Assembly (NCBI GenBank): GCA_038212095.1
Contig: JBBQUW010000009.1
Coordinates: 13,163-77,162 of the forward strand
DNA from: Gaiellales bacterium
GTDB lineage: Bacteria > Actinomycetota > Thermoleophilia > Gaiellales > JAICJC01
DNA length: 64,000 nt
Reading direction: 5' to 3'
Part shown: piece after piece, positions 60,982 to 64,000 of the stretch
How the letters are laid out: each line of letters begins with the position of its first letter
How positions within the stretch are numbered: the first letter of the stretch is position 1
Made by a program: the position numbers and the translations under genes
Notes under the pieces: model-generated
The model's database searches: none
What the model was told of the DNA's origin: nothing
Seen by the model: only the letters and a program-made list of their open reading frames with translations

Positions 60982-61738
60982 GCTGGGCCGCATCTCGTAT
61001 GCCAACATGGCGCCGGTGTTCTACGAGCTGGACGGCGAGGGCCTCGAGCAGACCACCGGCGTGCCCACCGAGCTGAACGCCAAGCTGCTGGCGGGCGAGC
61101 TGGACGTCGCGCCGATCTCGTCCATCGAGTACGCCCGAAACGCCGATCGCCTGCGGCTGCTGCCGCGGCTCTGCGTCTCCACCGAGGGTGCGGTCGACTC
61201 GATCCAGCTGATCACGCGAAAGCCGCTTGACCAGGTGCGTTCGGTGGCGGTGACGCCCGAGAGCGCCACCTCGGTGGTGCTGACGCGGGTGCTGCTGGGC
61301 GCGGTCGACCTGGTGCCGCTGGGCGAGCCCGCCGACGGCAAGATGCTGATCGGCGATGCCGCGCTGCAGAGCGCGTTCGACGACCCGACCCCGCACTACG
61401 ACCTGGGCCGCCTATGGCAGGAGCGCACCGGCCTGCCGATGGTCTACGCGGTATGGGCGTGCCGAGAGGGAGTCGAGCACGGCCTGGAGGAGCTGGAGCG
61501 TGCCCACCTGCGCTCGCTGGCGGTGTCGCGGTCGGAGCCCGAGGCGCTGGCCCGCCGGGCCTCGGCCGAGTACGGCTGGCCGGCGGGATTCCTGGCCCGC
61601 TACTTCGAGAAGCTGCGCTACCACTTCGGCCCGCGCGAGCGGCAGGGGATGGTGCGGTTCTTCGAACTCGCTCACCTGGCCGGCGAGCTGGACGTGGTTC
61701 CAGAGCTGCGCTTCGTCGATCACGAGCGGGTGGCCTGA
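60974..61738 (+). CDS. mqnA: chorismate dehydratase (futalosine pathway MqnA)
   Basis: LRLGRISYANMAPVFYEL, LAGELDVAPISSIEYA; TTG start, 8-nt overlap with mqnE. Confidence 0.85.
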   Translation: MLRLGRISYANMAPVFYELDGEGLEQTTGVPTELNAKLLAGELDVAPISSIEYARNADRLRLLPRLCVSTEGAVDSIQLITRKPLDQVRSVAVTPESATSVVLTRVLLGAVDLVPLGEPADGKMLIGDAALQSAFDDPTPHYDLGRLWQERTGLPMVYAVWACREGVEHGLEELERAHLRSLAVSRSEPEALARRASAEYGWPAGFLARYFEKLRYHFGPRERQGMVRFFELAHLAGELDVVPELRFVDHERVA

Positions 61739-62850
61739 TGGCGGTCGACGTGCGCACCGGCAGCGTCACCGAGGTGCTGGAGCGGGCGCTGGCCGGCGAG
61801 CGGATCGACGATGCCGACGCGCGCACACTGCTCGAATCGCGCGAGCTGGTGGCGATCGGCCGCGCCGCGCACGAGCTGCGCTGCCGCAAGACGCCGGCCG
61901 ACCGCGTCACATTCGTGATCGACCGCAACCTGAACTACACCAACGTCTGCTACACCGACTGCAACTTCTGCGCCTTCTACCGCCGTCCCGGCGACACCCG
62001 CGAGGGCTACACGCTCCCCCGTGCGGTGATCTTCAAGAAGATCGAGGAGACGCTGGCGCTGGGCGGAACGGCGCTGCTGATGCAGGGCGGCCACAACCCG
62101 CAGCTCGGCATCGATTGGTACGAGGATTTGTTCCGCTCGATCAAGGCCCGCTACCCGATCCACCTGCACGCGCTCTCCCCCAGCGAGGTGCAGCACATCG
62201 CCCGCAAGGCCAAGCTGACGCCGTCCGAGACGCTGAGCCGGCTGCGCGATGCCGGACTCGACTCGCTGCCGGGCGGCGGAGCGGAGATCCTGGTCGACCG
62301 CGTGCGCACGATCATCTCCCCGATCAAGACGACGTCGGCCGAGTGGCTGGGGATCATGCGGGCCGCCCACAGGCTCGGTATGAGCACCACCGCAACGATG
62401 ATGTGGGGCCACGTCGAGACGCTGGACGAGCGGATCGAGCACCTGCGCCGGATCCGCGAGCTGCAGGACGAGATGCACGGCTTCCGGGCCTTCATCAGCT
62501 GGACGTTCCAGCCAGACAACACCGAGCTGGCGGCGCAGGTATCGTGGTTCCCGACCAGCTTCGACTACCTGCTGATGCAGGCCGTCAGCCGCATCTACTT
62601 GGACAACGTCGATCACATCCAGAGCTCGTGGGTGACGCAGGGCATCAAGATCGGCCAGGTGGCGCTGTTCTACGGCGCCGACGACCTGGGCTCGATCATG
62701 ATCGAGGAGAACGTCGTCTCGGCAGCCGGCACCACCCACCGGGCCGGTGTGGACGACTTCCTGCACACCATCCGAAATGCAGGCTTCCGTCCCGCCCAGC
62801 GCGACACGCTGTACCGCTCGGTGCGCGAGTACGACGCGGTTGCGTCCTGA
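61738..62850 (+). CDS. mqnC: radical-SAM cyclic dehypoxanthinyl futalosine synthase
   Basis: ATG 61738 (TGATG overlap with mqnA); IDRNLNYTNVCYTDCNFCAFYR, LMQGGHNP, ATMMWGHVET, FISWTFQPDNT, SSWVTQG, IMIEENVVSAAG. Confidence 0.7.
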   Translation: MAVDVRTGSVTEVLERALAGERIDDADARTLLESRELVAIGRAAHELRCRKTPADRVTFVIDRNLNYTNVCYTDCNFCAFYRRPGDTREGYTLPRAVIFKKIEETLALGGTALLMQGGHNPQLGIDWYEDLFRSIKARYPIHLHALSPSEVQHIARKAKLTPSETLSRLRDAGLDSLPGGGAEILVDRVRTIISPIKTTSAEWLGIMRAAHRLGMSTTATMMWGHVETLDERIEHLRRIRELQDEMHGFRAFISWTFQPDNTELAAQVSWFPTSFDYLLMQAVSRIYLDNVDHIQSSWVTQGIKIGQVALFYGADDLGSIMIEENVVSAAGTTHRAGVDDFLHTIRNAGFRPAQRDTLYRSVREYDAVAS

Positions 62851-62854
62851 CGCC

Positions 62855-63265
62855 GTGCTGAAGGTGAGCGCCTCCCGAACGATCTCGGCGCCGCCGCAAG
62901 CGGTGTGGGACGTGATCGCCGATCCGCACCGTCACATCAAGACGCTGCCCGCGTCCGTTTCGCAGATCACGGTCACGGACGCCGGCGAGATCTCGTGCCT
63001 GATCTCGGCGATGGGCCAGAGCGAGCGGATGCTGGTGCGCCGCACGGTGCTCGAGCCGCCCCGCAGGCTGGTGGAGGAACGCGTCGATGGTTCCCGCGCC
63101 GCCCGCACCGAGTTCGTGATCGCGCCGCACGGTGATGGCAGCCACGTCACGCTGACGGCCGAGATCGAGCTGCCGAGGCTGGTGGCCGGGCTCGCGCGTG
63201 GCCATCTCGCGGACGGGCTCGAGCAGCAGCTGGGCAGCCTCGAGCGCGAGAGCGGGGCCGAGTGA
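62855..63265 (+). CDS. SRPBCC (START/polyketide-cyclase-like) ligand-binding protein
   Basis: GTG 62855: VLKVSASRTISAPPQAVWDVIADPHRHIKTLP...; 136 aa. Confidence 0.65.
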   Translation: MLKVSASRTISAPPQAVWDVIADPHRHIKTLPASVSQITVTDAGEISCLISAMGQSERMLVRRTVLEPPRRLVEERVDGSRAARTEFVIAPHGDGSHVTLTAEIELPRLVAGLARGHLADGLEQQLGSLERESGAE

Positions 63266-64000
63266 GCACATCCGGCGGCGGCTCGGCGATGACCTGGGGA
63301 ACGGCGCCTGAGGAGATGGCGACGGGCTATCAGGAGTACATGGTGCCGGCCATGTTCGCGCCGCTTGCCGAGCGGGTGGCGGAGATGGTCGAGGCCGCGC
63401 CCGGCGATCGCGCGCTGGATGTCGCCTGTGGCACCGGGGCGCTCAGCCGGGTGCTGGCAGCGCGGGTGGGAGCATCTGGGCGCGTCGTCGGCCTCGATCT
63501 CACCCCGGGCATGCTGGCCGTGGCCCGGGCCCAGCCGCGCGTCCCGGGAGCGCCGATCGAGTTCGTCCAGGGCGACGCCGATCAGCTGCCCTTCTCGGCC
63601 GGCGAGTTCTCGCTGGTCACGTGCCAGCAGGGCCTGCAGTTCGTGCCCGATCGGGCCGCCGTGCTGGCTGAGTTCCGCCGTGTGCTCGGGCCGGGCGGCC
63701 GGGCCGCCGTGGCGTGCTGGAGCGACCTCTCGAGCAGCGCCGGCTTCCGCTTCCTGGCCGAGGGCATGGCGACCCATCTCGGCGGTGACGCCGGCCGGAT
63801 GATGGAGGCGCCATTTGCGCTGTCTGACCCAGGCGAGCTGCGCGCCCTGCTCGAGCACGCCGGATTCGCCGACATCGTGGTCGAGATCGAGCGGGTGGCG
63901 GCCCGCTTCGAGGATGCCGACCACTTCGCTCAACGGGCGCTGCTGGGCGGCCCCGCCGGGGCCGTGTTCGCGGCCGCGACGGCCGGCCAGCGGCAGGGCG
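63262..64000 (+). CDS. class I SAM-dependent methyltransferase, 3' end beyond window
   Basis: Own translation from GTG 63262 (GTGA overlap): ...DRALDVACGTGALSRVLA..., VVGLDLTPGML, FVQGDADQLPF, LGPGGRAAV; not in ORF track (no stop in window). Confidence 0.8.
   Translation, partial: MSTSGGGSAMTWGTAPEEMATGYQEYMVPAMFAPLAERVAEMVEAAPGDRALDVACGTGALSRVLAARVGASGRVVGLDLTPGMLAVARAQPRVPGAPIEFVQGDADQLPFSAGEFSLVTCQQGLQFVPDRAAVLAEFRRVLGPGGRAAVACWSDLSSSAGFRFLAEGMATHLGGDAGRMMEAPFALSDPGELRALLEHAGFADIVVEIERVAARFEDADHFAQRALLGGPAGAVFAAATAGQRQG

Noticed and set aside
61414-61737. 108-codon N-terminal extension of the mqnC ORF, with similar extensions of the ubiD, qcrA, qcrB, polyprenyl synthase and mqnE ORFs in the track
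   Set aside because: The extensions overlap the preceding well-supported genes. Internal ATG or GTG codons at operon-style junctions give family-typical N-termini.

Overview
This is a gene-dense, visibly high-G+C chromosomal segment (roughly 70 % by eye, not computed) carrying mostly core respiratory and envelope functions. The futalosine genes, the Bacillus-type split qcrABC, the A2-type oxidases and the many leaderless-looking starts suggest a menaquinone-using, deep-branching actinobacterium (Thermoleophilia/Rubrobacteria-like). That placement is inference only.

Gene content in order:
- Distal half of a Tad/Flp pilus operon: LuxR regulator, receiver-like ORF, TadE, TadG-like, CpaB, CpaE.
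- ABC-F ATPase, MDR oxidoreductase, ornithine-cyclodeaminase-like enzyme, MFS transporter.
- Two convergent A2-type heme-copper oxidase operons: ctaC-ctaD-ctaE-orf on one strand, ctaC-ctaD-ctaB plus three small ORFs on the other.
- SPFH/NfeD pair, RNase D, a second MFS transporter, M20 peptidase, aldo/keto reductase.
- A lower-GC secreted-protein gene next to tRNA-Arg(CCU).
- A gamma-glutamyl-polyamine-type catabolic trio.
- A NarL-type two-component operon that also carries a PfkB kinase and an extra receiver.
- CDF transporter, HtrA, lipid kinase, GtrA plus GT-C glycosyltransferase, YmdB, AI-2E transporter, hemB-hemL, LemA.
- A roughly 10 kb ubiD-qcrABC-ubiX-menG-polyprenyl synthase / mqnE-mqnA-mqnC block.

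I saw no CRISPR array, transposase, integrase, toxin-antitoxin pair or recognisable defence genes, and no clearly novel multi-gene system.

The most interesting observations are:
- An 808-aa oxidase subunit I with extra N-terminal helices and a C-terminal USP-like domain.
- A two-copy MITE-like element inserted exactly into TAA stop codons, one copy splitting the ctaC-ctaD junction.
- The bc-complex genes embedded inside the menaquinone tail-modification operon.
- A catalytically dead polyprenyl-synthase-like mini-protein coupled to hemL.
- Three micro-lesions: a 27-bp in-frame duplication, a -1 frameshift in a G5 run, and a 20-bp out-of-frame duplication.
- A CDF transporter with a triplicated cytoplasmic domain.
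- A recurrent TAnnnT hexamer 5-10 nt upstream of start codons, implying leaderless mRNAs.

All functional calls rest on motif recognition by eye. No database search or computation was possible.
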